Numbered from the stretch's first letter, positions 9,559-20,189 are shown. The stretch is 45,092 nt of DNA from an uncultured Victivallaceae bacterium (GCA_964515915.1 CAZEXM010000003.1:1-45092), one strand, 5' to 3'. Made by a program: numbers and translations. Notes: generated from the letters alone by a model not told the origin.

Positions 9559-9587
9559 TAGAAAACCTTATTAATAGTTTAATAGTT

Positions 9588-9615
9588 ACAATAATGTAAG
9601 AATTTAAACTGTCAA
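9588..9615 (-). promoter_or_regulatory. candidate sigma-70 promoter for the bEBP gene
   Basis: The minus strand reads TTGACA (9615-9610), a 16-nt spacer, then TATTGT (9593-9588). AAGG lies about 9 nt before the ATG at 9558. Confidence 0.35.
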
Positions 9616-9673
9616 ACCAAAATAGGCGCAAGTGCTTTTTTATTTTCTATTTTGAGCTGAATTTTTTCTTTAT

Positions 9674-10963
9674 TTAAGAAAGAGCTTTTTTAACGGCATC
9701 GACAGTCGCTTCAATCACCATTGGAGCATTGGCGTAAGTTCCCTTGATACCGACTGAACCGAGTTCATCTTTATGGTAACCTATAACCGCGTCCGGGTCT
9801 TTCAGAATATTGCCGGTCAAAATACCAACAACGGTTGCATCGGATTTGATAACGCCCGCGTCAACAAGTTTTTTGGCTCCGGCAACGGAACAGCATGACG
9901 CCGGTTCGGCGCCGATACCGGCCGCGTCAACCATGGCTTTGGCGTCCATAATTTCCTGTTCGCTAACGTCCTCGACGGTTCCGCCGGACCATTTTATGCC
10001 GCGTAAAGATTTTTCCCAGGACACCGGATTCCCGATTTTAATAGCGGTGGCGATAGTGTCGGGATTTTTGACTGCCGCGTACCCGGAACCTTTTTTCCAC
10101 ATTTTAGACAGAGGAGCTGAACCCGCCGCCTGAATTACCGCTATACGCGGGATTTTGTTGATGATACCAAGCTCATATAATTCCTGCATACCCTTGCTCA
10201 AAGCAGTATTGTTACCCAGGTTTCCGCCCGGAATAACAAACCAGTCCGGCACCTCCCAGTCAAGCTGCTGGAGGACTTCGAAACCAATGGCTTTCTGGCC
10301 TTCGATACGGAAAGGATTGATTGAGTTTACCAGATAAATATTCAATTCGTCACAAACTTGCCGCACCAGTTCCATGGCAACATCAAAATTGCCCGTAATC
10401 TGCAATGTTTTACCGCCGAAAGCGAGAGCCTGCGCGAGTTTGCCGTATGCAATTTTGCCTTCGGGAATGAAAATAACTGAAGGTAATCCGGCAATTGCCG
10501 CGTAGGAAGACATACTGGCACTGGTGTTTCCGGTGCTGGCGCAGGCGACAGAAGCGGCCTTATAAAATTTTGCCGCGGTAATTCCGCAGGTCATGCCGCG
10601 ATCCTTGAAACTGCCGGTAGGATTCTCGCCCTCATGTTTGAGATAAAAGTTCTTCAGCCCGGCGTATTCGCCGGCTTTGCCCGCGTCGTACAAACGGGTA
10701 TTGCCTTCCTGGCGAGTAACGATGCAGTCATCTTCGCAGTCAAAAATAAGTTCTTTGTAACGCCAGACGCCGGAGGCGTAAAGTCCGCGCTTAGTTCCCC
10801 AGCGCGCTTCCCAGAGCCGTTTAAGTTTCCGCCCGTCAACGGACGACAAATCGCGCCGCATATCAAGCGTTCCGCCGCATGTACAATTATAACGGACCTT
10901 TTCCAGATCGTATTTTTTATTGCAGCGAACGCATTCCAACCAGGCTTTTATCATGTTAGCCAT
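9674..10963 (-). CDS. thrC: threonine synthase
   Basis: N-terminal Cys-rich zinc-ribbon-like segment, PLP-lysine motif NPTGSFKDRG, and STGNTSAS and GNLGN blocks typical of ThrC. Confidence 0.9.
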   Translation of the reverse strand: MANMIKAWLECVRCNKKYDLEKVRYNCTCGGTLDMRRDLSSVDGRKLKRLWEARWGTKRGLYASGVWRYKELIFDCEDDCIVTRQEGNTRLYDAGKAGEYAGLKNFYLKHEGENPTGSFKDRGMTCGITAAKFYKAASVACASTGNTSASMSSYAAIAGLPSVIFIPEGKIAYGKLAQALAFGGKTLQITGNFDVAMELVRQVCDELNIYLVNSINPFRIEGQKAIGFEVLQQLDWEVPDWFVIPGGNLGNNTALSKGMQELYELGIINKIPRIAVIQAAGSAPLSKMWKKGSGYAAVKNPDTIATAIKIGNPVSWEKSLRGIKWSGGTVEDVSEQEIMDAKAMVDAAGIGAEPASCCSVAGAKKLVDAGVIKSDATVVGILTGNILKDPDAVIGYHKDELGSVGIKGTYANAPMVIEATVDAVKKALS

Positions 10964-11066
10964 AATTTTACCGTGCTCCAGAATATTTGTATATAGTTAA
11001 TCAAATAACTTAACAGTCATTAGAGGCAATTGCAAAAGTCTCCACAAGAGATTTTTGATTTTGAGC

Positions 11067-12152
11067 TTATTTATTTAATGCTTCAAGTTGACGTTCGCAG
11101 TCGATGGAGATAATCGGATCAAGAAGAATGTCTAATTCGCCCTCGAGAACCCGCGGCAAATGATAAAGCGTGATGTTGTAACGATGATCTGTTACGCGGT
11201 TTTGAGGATAATTATAAGTCCGGATGCGTTCGCTCCGGTCGCCTGTTCCAACTTGGGCACGTTTGTCGGCAGCCTGTTTGTCGGCTTCTTCCTGCTGCTT
11301 GACTTCAAGCAGGCGGGCGCACAAAATACGCATAGCTATTTCGCGGTTGCGATGTTGAGATTTTTCCTGCTGGCTGACCACGCATACGCCGGTCGGAATA
11401 TGGGTTATACGGACTGCCGAGTCAGTAGTATTCACGCACTGGCCGCCCGGGCCGGAAGCCCGGAATACGTCAACCCGTAATTCCGCGGGATCTAAATTGA
11501 GTTCAACTTCTTCAGCTTCAGGCATTACTGAGACCGTTACCGTGGAAGTGTGAATACGTCCGCCGGATTCCGTTGCCGGCACACGCTGTACCCGGTGCAC
11601 GCCGCTTTCGTATTTCATGCGCGAATAAACGCTGTCGCCCGATAATGAAAACGCCACTGATTTGATTCCGCCAAGATCGCTGGCGCTTTGGCCGAGAACT
11701 TCCAGCTTCCAGTTTTTGCTCTCGGAATAATGTGTGTAAAGACGTAAAAGTTCACCCGCAAACAGGGCGGCTTCATCACCGCCGGCGGCCGGCCGTATTT
11801 CGACAATGATATTACGCGCGTCGTTGGGATCGGGGGGAAGCAGCGCCAATTGTATGCCGCTTTCAAGTTTTTCGGCTTTAATTTCTAAAACCTCGAGGTC
11901 GGCACTAATCATTTCCTTCAGTTCTTCGTCATCCTCTTCCTGCAGCAGTTCTTTGTTTTCCTCTATTTCCACAAGCGCGCTTTTCCAGGCTTCAAAGTCT
12001 TTAAATAAATTATCAAGCTTGCGGTGTTCCCGGGAAACAGCTTTAGCCACAAGCGGCTTGCTGTAGATTGACGGATCGGAAAGGCGTTGTTCGAGTTCCT
12101 TAAAGTGATCTTTAAGGCCGTCAATATATCCTGAAATTTCCTGTGGAGTCAT
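11067..12152 (-). CDS. prfA: peptide chain release factor 1
   Basis: GGQ motif (SGPGGQCVNTTDSAVRITHIPTG) and the RF1-type P-A-T tripeptide (RVPATESGGRIHTS). I use the start at MTPQEIS (12152), preceded by GGGAGAG. The ORF-track start at 12197 looks like an extension. Confidence 0.9.
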   Translation of the reverse strand: MTPQEISGYIDGLKDHFKELEQRLSDPSIYSKPLVAKAVSREHRKLDNLFKDFEAWKSALVEIEENKELLQEEDDEELKEMISADLEVLEIKAEKLESGIQLALLPPDPNDARNIIVEIRPAAGGDEAALFAGELLRLYTHYSESKNWKLEVLGQSASDLGGIKSVAFSLSGDSVYSRMKYESGVHRVQRVPATESGGRIHTSTVTVSVMPEAEEVELNLDPAELRVDVFRASGPGGQCVNTTDSAVRITHIPTGVCVVSQQEKSQHRNREIAMRILCARLLEVKQQEEADKQAADKRAQVGTGDRSERIRTYNYPQNRVTDHRYNITLYHLPRVLEGELDILLDPIISIDCERQLEALNK

Positions 12153-12233
12153 CAATCTCTCCCAATAAACCGGAATTTTAATAAAAAACGCCTGCAAAAC
12201 GAGTATAATTCGTTTGCAGGCGGAGTAAAAAGT

Positions 12234-12443
12234 TTAAGAATTGTCTTTTTTCGCGTAACGCTGACGGAAGCGTTCCACCCGGCCGGCGGTATCGACAAAT
12301 TTCTGCGTACCAGTGAAAAACGGGTGGCATTTGGCGCAAATACCAACTTTAGTTTCAGGTAAAGTTGATTTAGTTTCCCAGGCCTGTCCACATGCGCAAG
12401 TGATTTTCGCATCACCGTATTTTGGATGTATCTTCTTTTTCAT
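12234..12443 (-). CDS. rpmE: 50S ribosomal protein L31
   Basis: MKKKIHPKY ... CACG ... [10 protein letters not shown] ... GRVERF is the canonical zinc-binding L31. Confidence 0.9.
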   Translation of the reverse strand: MKKKIHPKYGDAKITCACGQAWETKSTLPETKVGICAKCHPFFTGTQKFVDTAGRVERFRQRYAKKDNS

Positions 12444-12588
12444 TTTGAACTACCTCGATTTTAAGTTATATTCAATATATATAATTTCGTTATATTATTA
12501 GACAATCAAAGCTATTGAATATACTGTAATTGTAAAAAAAATCAAGAGTTAAATCGAGAAAACATAAAAAAAAGAGGAGTTTTAAATC

Positions 12589-13089
12589 ATGAGCTCAAAT
12601 CGTCCCCTCTGGGCGCCATGGCGCATTGAATTTATCCGCGGCGAAGAAGAAGACAGTTGTTTTCTGTGTGATAATGAACAATATAATCCCCGGTCAGGGG
12701 AGGAAAACCTCATTATTTACCGCGGCAAAAACTGTTTTGTAATGATTAACCGCTTTCCTTACAATTCGGGGCACATGTTGATTTCGCCTTACCGGCACGT
12801 CGGGGATTTAGCTGATTTGACAGCGGAAGAACGTCACGAATTAATGGATTTGTGTGTTGACTGCAAAAAAGTTTTACAGACGGCAATGGCTCCTGATGCT
12901 TTCAACGCCGGTTTCAATCTCGGCGCCGCCGCGGGAGCGGGAATTGCCGATCATTTACACATGCACATAGTACCGCGCTGGGGTGGAGACACTAATTTCA
13001 TGCCGGTGTTGGCGGACACGCGCTGCGTCCCGGAAGCAATTGAAAAAACAGCGGAACTCCTGCGCAGCGCATGGGAAAAAGAATTTTAA
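12589..13089 (+). CDS. HIT family hydrolase/nucleotidyltransferase (Ap4A phosphorylase-like)
   Basis: Histidine-triad motif HLHMHIVPRW. AGGAG lies upstream of the ATG. Confidence 0.8.
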   Translation: MSSNRPLWAPWRIEFIRGEEEDSCFLCDNEQYNPRSGEENLIIYRGKNCFVMINRFPYNSGHMLISPYRHVGDLADLTAEERHELMDLCVDCKKVLQTAMAPDAFNAGFNLGAAAGAGIADHLHMHIVPRWGGDTNFMPVLADTRCVPEAIEKTAELLRSAWEKEF

Positions 13090-13114
13090 ACGGAAACAAA
13101 AAAAATACGGAAAC

Positions 13115-14527
13115 TTAGGCCTGATCGCGTTCCACAAATTCTTTATGCAAAGCTATTTGCGCCTGGTCAAAGCAATCGCGTTCAATAATGAATTGCATAT
13201 TTACCTGGCGCATACATTGAGTCAGGGCGAGAACATTGATATCCGCCCCGGCTAAGGCATTAGCCGCGCGTGATAAAAATCCGGGGATATTCATATTGCT
13301 GCCGATCACCGCGACAATCGCGACTTTGAAAATGGAGATTTTGGCTCCGGGAAAATGTTTTTTCAAGCTGTCCGTGCATTTATCCAGTTCTTTGGATTTT
13401 TCTGAAACATAATGCGTAATGGTATTGGCATTGGTATTTTTGGCGATGATATTGATCCCGCATTCGGCGAAACTTTTCAGCAGTCTGTAGTCATAACCGC
13501 TGACTCCGACCATTTCCGGGTCAAACACTTCCAGCGCGACAATGTCTTTGCGTCCGCAAATCATATCCACCCGGGGATGTCCGGAAATAAAATCCCGGCT
13601 GATTAAAGTGCCTTCGTGTTCCGGTTCAAAAGCATTTTTGATGCGAATGGAAATATTTTTCATTTCCATCTGTTTCGCGGCTTTAGCGTGAATCGCCTCC
13701 ATATCCATATCTGAAAGTTGATCGGCGATATCAAAATTAGTATTGCCAATGATTTTTACTTTGTCCGCGCCGACCAGTTTGGGATCGGCCGTGCAGAGAT
13801 GGAACTCTTTGTGAATGACCCCCTCTTTGGCGCCGGTCAAAACCGCCAGCTTGCTGAAAGTGATTTCGCTGTAGCCGCGGTTAAAACGGTTCATAATGCC
13901 TTCCGCACATTTGACGTAACCGGTTACAATCGGCATACATGTCGCGAAATCCATATTTTTAAACGCCAGGCTGATAGCGTCGTCCATGGAGTGGAATTCG
14001 GTTTCCTTCCAGCCGCTAAGGTCAACAAATACGGCATTAACGCCATGTTTTTTTAAAATTTCAGTCGAGTTATAAGCACTGTGGGCTTCGCCGAAAGCAC
14101 TCAGGAATTCGCGGGTTGCCGGCAGATAATCTTTCGGGTTAAAATGTCCGAAAGAGCGCAGGCGCATTAAATCGTTAAGAAAAGTTTTGATGCCGGCAAG
14201 GCGTTCATTGACGAAACTGTCCGCCAATTCCTGGTTCAAGCCGATGCTTTCAAAAGAGCGGTTGCATTTGATCATTGCCTGACGGGTTTCTTCCAGTTTT
14301 GCTTCCCACTCATCACTGCCGTGAGCGAATTTTCCGTAAATCCCGGCTTTACCCGTTTTTTTGTTTTCGAGCAATAAATCCGTGATGCCGCCATAGGCGG
14401 AGACCACAAAAATACGATTGTAAAGTTCCGCGCCCGAGCGCCCGGCAATAATTACATTGTTCATAATTTCGTCGAAACGACTCATGGAGGTTCCGCCGAT
14501 TTTTTCAACAGTATGTTGTCCGGACAT
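13115..14527 (-). CDS. aspartate kinase
   Basis: N-terminal VEKIGGTSM kinase motif, C-terminal ACT-like repeats, and a position immediately downstream of hom (2-nt gap). Confidence 0.8.
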   Translation of the reverse strand: MSGQHTVEKIGGTSMSRFDEIMNNVIIAGRSGAELYNRIFVVSAYGGITDLLLENKKTGKAGIYGKFAHGSDEWEAKLEETRQAMIKCNRSFESIGLNQELADSFVNERLAGIKTFLNDLMRLRSFGHFNPKDYLPATREFLSAFGEAHSAYNSTEILKKHGVNAVFVDLSGWKETEFHSMDDAISLAFKNMDFATCMPIVTGYVKCAEGIMNRFNRGYSEITFSKLAVLTGAKEGVIHKEFHLCTADPKLVGADKVKIIGNTNFDIADQLSDMDMEAIHAKAAKQMEMKNISIRIKNAFEPEHEGTLISRDFISGHPRVDMICGRKDIVALEVFDPEMVGVSGYDYRLLKSFAECGINIIAKNTNANTITHYVSEKSKELDKCTDSLKKHFPGAKISIFKVAIVAVIGSNMNIPGFLSRAANALAGADINVLALTQCMRQVNMQFIIERDCFDQAQIALHKEFVERDQA

Positions 14528-14529
14528 GA

Positions 14530-15828
14530 CTATATATCCTCAATTCTAATAAGTTTTACTTTGCCGCAGACTACAGCAAGTTGTTCAAATTCAAGGATTG
14601 CGGCCTTAATCTGTTTTTCCCGGGCTTGATGAGTCAGGATTAACAAGGGCACGTTCCCTTCGGAATGCGCTTCGCGCTGGATAAAGCTGGAAATACTGAT
14701 GTTTTGTTTACTGAGAATAGCCGCGATTTCAGCGACAACGCCTGCTTCGTCTTTGACCTGCACGCGCAGGTAATATCTTGACATGATCTCGTCCATTGGC
14801 ATCAGCTCATTGAATTGAGAACCCGGCCGGAACGCCGAAATACGTTCAGCCGCATTGTGCTTCAGGTTCAAGGCGACATCAACCAGGTCCGCGACAACCG
14901 CGCTGGCGGTAGCGTCGCGCCCGGCTCCCCGGCCGTAGAAGAGGGTTTCGCCGACCGTATCGCCGTCAATCATTACGCCGTTAAAGACATCTGAAATATT
15001 GGCGAGCATGGTGTTTTTTGAAATCAAAGCGGGATGAACGCGAATTTGCACGTCGCGGTCCACTTGTTTGATGATCGCCAGAAGTTTAACCCGGTAGCCG
15101 AGTTCGCCCGCGAATTTTATATCCAGCAGAGAAATGTCCCTGATTCCTTCAACATAAATCGGGGCCATGCCGAACCATTCGCCGTAAGCTAAAGCGGCTA
15201 GAATACTTGCTTTGTGAGCCGTGTCAAAGCCGTCGACATCCAGTGCCGGCTCCGCTTCCGCATAACCGAGCTCCTGGGCGTCTTTGAGGATAGTTTCAAA
15301 ATCCAGGCCTTCGCGTTCCATGCGGGTTAAAATATAATTACAGGTACCGTTCATTATTCCGTAAATACGTTTAATACGGTTGGAAACCAAACCCTCGCGC
15401 AAGGCTTTGACTACCGGAATCCCTCCGGCTACGCTTGCTTCATAATAAACGTCCGCTTTGGATTCCGCCGCCGCGGCGAAAATTTCTTCTCCATGTTCCG
15501 CGATTAAAGCTTTATTCGCGGTAACGCATGGTTTGCCCAGTTTCAGGGCCTGCAGGATGAAATCTTTCGCCATAGTGGTTCCGCCAACTAATTCAACCAC
15601 CACATCGACTTCATTAATAAGCGCTGTCGTGTCTGTCGTCAAGGTTGTGGCGGGAACGCTTACGCCGCGATCCGTCCTTATGTCCAGATCCGCAATTTTA
15701 GCGAGCGTTAATTTTACGCCCGTGCGTTTGGCGATTGTCTCGCCGTTTTTCAAGATGTTAGCCGCCACGCCGGCACCAACTGTTCCGAATCCGATGATTC
15801 CAACTCTGACTTCTTTCACTGTGTGCAC
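14530..15828 (-). CDS. hom: homoserine dehydrogenase
   Basis: Rossmann motif GIIGFGTVGAG, a catalytic-domain block (NGTCNYIL), and a C-terminal ACT domain. A GTG at 15819 is an alternative start. Confidence 0.9.
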   Translation of the reverse strand: MHTVKEVRVGIIGFGTVGAGVAANILKNGETIAKRTGVKLTLAKIADLDIRTDRGVSVPATTLTTDTTALINEVDVVVELVGGTTMAKDFILQALKLGKPCVTANKALIAEHGEEIFAAAAESKADVYYEASVAGGIPVVKALREGLVSNRIKRIYGIMNGTCNYILTRMEREGLDFETILKDAQELGYAEAEPALDVDGFDTAHKASILAALAYGEWFGMAPIYVEGIRDISLLDIKFAGELGYRVKLLAIIKQVDRDVQIRVHPALISKNTMLANISDVFNGVMIDGDTVGETLFYGRGAGRDATASAVVADLVDVALNLKHNAAERISAFRPGSQFNELMPMDEIMSRYYLRVQVKDEAGVVAEIAAILSKQNISISSFIQREAHSEGNVPLLILTHQAREKQIKAAILEFEQLAVVCGKVKLIRIEDI

Positions 15829-16044
15829 TTTCCTTTTTTTATTAATGTAGGGTTTTGGGCAAAGTCAACTTTAATATAGCCCTTCAGCGAGTAAATTAAA
15901 ATGAGAATAGTACAAAAAAACAAAAATACATTACGGAAATGCGTCTTTTTTTGAAGTCAATGTAAAGATTTTTGATTTTCAGCCCCCGCCGGGTGGCGAA
16001 ATCCTGCGGGATAAAAAATATGAATTAAAAAATGAGAACAAAGG

Positions 16045-17496
16045 TCAAAAACTTAGCTTTTTCCCCAGCTTAACCTTTCTGCCGAGATAATCCTTTCCAT
16101 TAGCTTTTGAAGAAATTATCTTCATTCCCGGCTGGAGGTTTTTCCCAATAATTTCCGCGGTTTTGCCGGAACGGTTATAAACGAATATATCTACAGGTAT
16201 GACATTATTGTTTGTGTCAATAACAAAAATAAAGTTACGGCCTTCAAACGTTTTTAAAGAATCCAGCGAAACAATATAAATGTGTTTGGACAATCGGGGA
16301 ATTGATACCCAAACCTTTTCCTGAGGCTGGAAGAGCCAGCTGTAATCATGCATAATAGCTTTTCCGCCATCAAGCAGCTTGTCTGAAGTTTTAACCAGAA
16401 TAATTTGTGAATCCTTTAATTTTGTTGCGGTTTCAAGAGCTTGATATTGTGTGGAACGTCTTTGTACGAACATATTTTTAGGTTTAACACGAATTTTTTT
16501 GACCGTGATAACCGGAGTCGTTTCAGAATTTTTTTGCGAAGCATTTTTCGATGCGATCCAAATATATGAACCTTCTTCGTCTTTTTTTACGGCGTTGGTT
16601 GGAACCCATAATTGAATGTCCGGCATTTCCGCTATTTTTATCATCCTTACCTGAGTATATATTTTGGGCAATTTTTCCTCTTCAGGAGTTAATTTCCGTT
16701 TAGGAAGTAAATAGTTCTTTACCGACAACTCAATATAACTGGTAAATATTTCCTGAGTTCTAAGCCAACCCGGATAGTGCTGCATAAAACCCGTTGGATA
16801 AACATTGAATTTATCATTGACGCAAAGTAAATCCGTTAAAACGTCATGGAGTTTCACTTTTATGTAAATCGGATCAAACACCGACAAAATAAGAATCGGC
16901 TTATCGTCGCATAGTGAACTGCCGGCCGCCGCGAAAACTTTTTCAACCACTCCGGAAAAAGGCGCGCGCAAAATCATATTATTCAAGTTTGTCTTGGCTT
17001 CAAGCAACTCCAGACGACAGACATCATAGTCGCTGCCTGCCTGTAAATATTCGTTTTCCGCTTCCTCGTGCTGGCGTTCACTGAAAACATGCCGCTTATA
17101 TAGTTTTTCAATGCGCAGGCGGTTTAGACGGGCGTCTTGCAGCGCCACTTTCATTTTTTTTAATTTTTGCGTACAAATATTTACTATAATCTGCTGTTTA
17201 ATGTTACGGGCCTTGGCAATGATGTCTCCCTCACGGATACTTTTTCCTTCGGAATCAATGATTTTGCCGCGCACTTCTTCATTTACTGGAACGACATAGG
17301 TAAGTTGAACATTGTTCAGAAAAGAAAGGCTTACCGAACGGGACAGGACAACTGTACCCATAAAGAGTACCTTTTTGCGGGGCGAACGCCGCAAAACAAT
17401 ATATGGAACATTTTTCATTTGCTCCGCTGCCGGGAGAATATTTGATAAGCCTGCTAAAAATATAAGAGAGAGACATTTAAATAATTTTACCTGCAT
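16045..17496 (-). CDS. secreted membrane-fusion-protein-like (HlyD/RND adaptor-like) protein
   Basis: Signal peptide MQVKLFKCLSLIFLAGLSNILPAAE, a lipoyl-like hairpin (GKSIREGDIIAKA), a coiled-coil stretch, then ILRAPFSGVVEKV, which is typical of periplasmic adaptor proteins. No pump gene is adjacent. Confidence 0.5.
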   Translation of the reverse strand: MQVKLFKCLSLIFLAGLSNILPAAEQMKNVPYIVLRRSPRKKVLFMGTVVLSRSVSLSFLNNVQLTYVVPVNEEVRGKIIDSEGKSIREGDIIAKARNIKQQIIVNICTQKLKKMKVALQDARLNRLRIEKLYKRHVFSERQHEEAENEYLQAGSDYDVCRLELLEAKTNLNNMILRAPFSGVVEKVFAAAGSSLCDDKPILILSVFDPIYIKVKLHDVLTDLLCVNDKFNVYPTGFMQHYPGWLRTQEIFTSYIELSVKNYLLPKRKLTPEEEKLPKIYTQVRMIKIAEMPDIQLWVPTNAVKKDEEGSYIWIASKNASQKNSETTPVITVKKIRVKPKNMFVQRRSTQYQALETATKLKDSQIILVKTSDKLLDGGKAIMHDYSWLFQPQEKVWVSIPRLSKHIYIVSLDSLKTFEGRNFIFVIDTNNNVIPVDIFVYNRSGKTAEIIGKNLQPGMKIISSKANGKDYLGRKVKLGKKLSF

Positions 17497-17556
17497 GGAA
17501 ACACCCTTTTTAATATTATTATATCACCAAATCTGCAATGCTGCAATTTCCCGTGT

Positions 17557-19644
17557 TTAAAAACTGATGACATTGTTGTTTCCCAGGCGCTGAAGGTCTT
17601 CCGGGGAAATTTCCTGATAACCGAAGGGCTCCATACTGAACGAAGCCCGCCCGCCGGACAGTTTGGGCAGCGCGGAGCTGAAACCGAACATTTCCGCCAG
17701 CGGAACTTCACAACGTAATATTTTGGAACTTGCCACGCTGTCAATGCCGGTAATAATACAGCGGCGCATTTGCAGGTAAGCGGTAATTTCGCCGATAACC
17801 GCTTCGGGCGCGTTTATCTCCAGTTTCATTAAAGGCTCCATTAATTTTGTGCCCCGGGCAATCGCCTTGTTGACGGCGTCAATAACGGCCCCCGCAACAG
17901 AACCGTCAGTGGTTTTTTCCAGGCTGCCGCGAACTGCTGTAATTGTGGCTTTTATGTAAGTTAATGAATATCCCAGATTGCCGCCGGTCCTGAGGGACGC
18001 GAAGAGTGTGTCCCGAGCAGTTTGAATCCATGATTCCGGAAGATTGCCGGCCGCGACTGTCGAGCTGATGCTGATTCCCTGCAGCAGCTTTGCCGGTTCC
18101 AGTTCGATATCCACCTCCGAGTATAATTCCTTATCGCCGACGAATTTGTCAAAAACACCCCGTATGGAACAGGCTTTGAGCAAAGTTTCACGGAACGCGA
18201 CCCGCGGCTGGCCGTAGCGGATATTGACCCTGAACTCATTTTGCAGGCGGTGGGTGCAAATCTCCAGATGAAGCTCGCCCATGCCGGAAAGAATCAGTTG
18301 TCCGGTATTTTTGCTTTGTTCCAGTTCAAGAGTGGGGTCTTCGCGACACATCAAGCCCAGGCTGGAATGTAAACGGTCTTTGTCGTTCGCGGATTTTGGT
18401 TCCAGCGCCATTGAAATTACCGGTTCCGGGAAATCTATTTTATTGAGCAGCACCTGCCGCGCGCCGCTGCATAAAGTGTCGCCGGTAAAAACATTATCCG
18501 GGCCGATTATCCCGACAATGTCGCCCGGGCCGATTTCGTCAATAGCATCAATGTTTTTAGAATAAAGGCGCAAAATTCGTTTTATCCGGACTTTTTTACC
18601 ATTCCTAGTGTTGACGAGGGTATCATTAACCTTCAATTTACCGGAATAACTCCGCAGGTACAATAAATCCGCGCTGCCGCTGGCGACTAATTTGAAAACC
18701 AGGCCGCAAAAATGAGGATCGTCAACATCAACTTCAGTTTTTTCATGCTTTTCAGCACTGAACGCGGGATAAACGGGACGGTCGGCAGGGCTCGGCAAAT
18801 AATCGATAACCGCGTCAAGCAGGGCTTGAATACCGATATTCTTTTTGGCGGAACCGGCAAAAATCGGACAAAGCTTGTTGTCGATAACCAAACGTCGAAT
18901 TTCAGATTTGAGCAAGTCAAGGGGAATTTTCCGTTCTTCAAGATAAAGCCCGGCAATGTCTTCGGACAGTTCGGCAATGTCAGACAGAAACAGGTCGCGG
19001 GCGGTTTCGCCTGCCGCTGAAAGTTCCGCGGGGATGGTTTCAACGGATACTTCGGAACCTTCCACTCCCCCGAAACGTAAATATTTCATGTGGAGCAAAT
19101 CAATAATTCCTTTAAAATCCGATTCCACGCCATCGGGGATTTGAAAAGGAGTGATTTTTATTGAAGGAAATTTGTCTCTAATATCTTTTACGGTACGCTC
19201 AAATGACGCGCCAAGCCGGTCAAGTTTATTAATGAACGCGATTTTAGAAACATTGTAACCGGATGATTGATGCCAAACTTTTTCACTTTGCGCCTCAACC
19301 CCCTCGACACCGCTGAAAATTACCACCGCACCGTCACAAACCCGGATGGAACGTTCCACTTCCGCGGTGAAATCGATGTGCCCGGGAGTGTCTATTAAAT
19401 GAATCAGGGCGCTTTTATCATAATTCGCCCATTTAAAGGTGGCGGCGGCGGAAACAATAGTAATGCCGCGGCTTCGTTCTTCATCAAGGTAGTCCATTAC
19501 GGTACTGCCCGAGTCAATATCACCAATGCGGTGAGTCTTGCCCGAATAAAAGAGAAAACGCTCGGAAAGGGTTGTTTTGCCGGCATCAATGTGAGCAATA
19601 ATGCCGATGTTCCTGATAGATTCCAAACCAAGTTGAGCCGTCAT
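17557..19644 (-). CDS. elongation factor G family GTPase (paralog outside the str operon)
   Basis: G1 AHIDAGKTT, RGITI, G3 DTPGHIDF, G4 NKLD, and EF-G domains II-V over the full length. No rpsL/rpsG/tuf neighbours. Confidence 0.85.
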   Translation of the reverse strand: MTAQLGLESIRNIGIIAHIDAGKTTLSERFLFYSGKTHRIGDIDSGSTVMDYLDEERSRGITIVSAAATFKWANYDKSALIHLIDTPGHIDFTAEVERSIRVCDGAVVIFSGVEGVEAQSEKVWHQSSGYNVSKIAFINKLDRLGASFERTVKDIRDKFPSIKITPFQIPDGVESDFKGIIDLLHMKYLRFGGVEGSEVSVETIPAELSAAGETARDLFLSDIAELSEDIAGLYLEERKIPLDLLKSEIRRLVIDNKLCPIFAGSAKKNIGIQALLDAVIDYLPSPADRPVYPAFSAEKHEKTEVDVDDPHFCGLVFKLVASGSADLLYLRSYSGKLKVNDTLVNTRNGKKVRIKRILRLYSKNIDAIDEIGPGDIVGIIGPDNVFTGDTLCSGARQVLLNKIDFPEPVISMALEPKSANDKDRLHSSLGLMCREDPTLELEQSKNTGQLILSGMGELHLEICTHRLQNEFRVNIRYGQPRVAFRETLLKACSIRGVFDKFVGDKELYSEVDIELEPAKLLQGISISSTVAAGNLPESWIQTARDTLFASLRTGGNLGYSLTYIKATITAVRGSLEKTTDGSVAGAVIDAVNKAIARGTKLMEPLMKLEINAPEAVIGEITAYLQMRRCIITGIDSVASSKILRCEVPLAEMFGFSSALPKLSGGRASFSMEPFGYQEISPEDLQRLGNNNVISF

Positions 19645-19733
19645 TTCATCACTTCCTGTTTTAACGGGACAATTGCATAAAACATTTGCACACGCTCACG
19701 AAGCTGTAACTCCTTTACAGAATTATCATGCAG

Positions 19734-20189
19734 TTATTTCTTCCTGCTTCCAAAAGGCCACCATTTTGAAGCAGCTTTCCCGGCAGTTTTAGCCTCTGTA
19801 TCCGCAAAGTCATCCAAAATATTTTTCCCGGCATCATGCTGTTTTCTGTAATGCTGACGACCGTGCGCTTCACAAGTACCGAACTTATCATCCACATCGG
19901 GAACCATCCCGCAACTGGTTCTGGACAACTTAATAGTTTTAGTCTTGGTCGATAAGTCTGCGGAATCAAATTTCGGGCTTGTATGCAGACAGGAGTCTTG
20001 ATCCACGTCAGAACTTTCTTCAACATAAGGGTTTGTCTTCAGGATTTTGCCGTCGTGGCCTTCGCCAAGTTCCGGAACTACAAAAATAGTATTACAAACC
20101 GTGCATTCGACGAGTTGCCCTCTTAATTCGTATTCCAGTTTATAAACGGTTTTACACCGGTAACATTGTACGTTTATTTGTTCTGACAT
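19734..20189 (-). CDS. zinc-ribbon protein, function unknown
   Basis: CYRCKTVYKL ... VECTVCNTIF is an MJ0042-type zinc finger. I use the start at MSEQ (20189), preceded by GAGG. The ORF track begins at 20213. Confidence 0.5.
   Translation of the reverse strand: MSEQINVQCYRCKTVYKLEYELRGQLVECTVCNTIFVVPELGEGHDGKILKTNPYVEESSDVDQDSCLHTSPKFDSADLSTKTKTIKLSRTSCGMVPDVDDKFGTCEAHGRQHYRKQHDAGKNILDDFADTEAKTAGKAASKWWPFGSRKK

Noticed and set aside
7885-9673. Sigma-54 (-24/-12) promoter near the bEBP gene, and elsewhere in intergenic regions
   Set aside because: The eye scan found no TGGCAC-N5-TTGC. Near-misses such as tggcgaagcattccgca (minus strand, about 7325) and ttgcattttgttcttgca (about 24308) have wrong spacing or lack the GG/GC dinucleotides.
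15829-16044. Riboswitch or leader upstream of the hom-aspartate kinase operon (lysine, SAM or Thr attenuator)
   Set aside because: The 216-nt region is AT-rich with only one weak hairpin (cccgc...gcggg). I could not recognise any conserved riboswitch core or a Thr/Ile-rich leader peptide. It would need cmscan to exclude.
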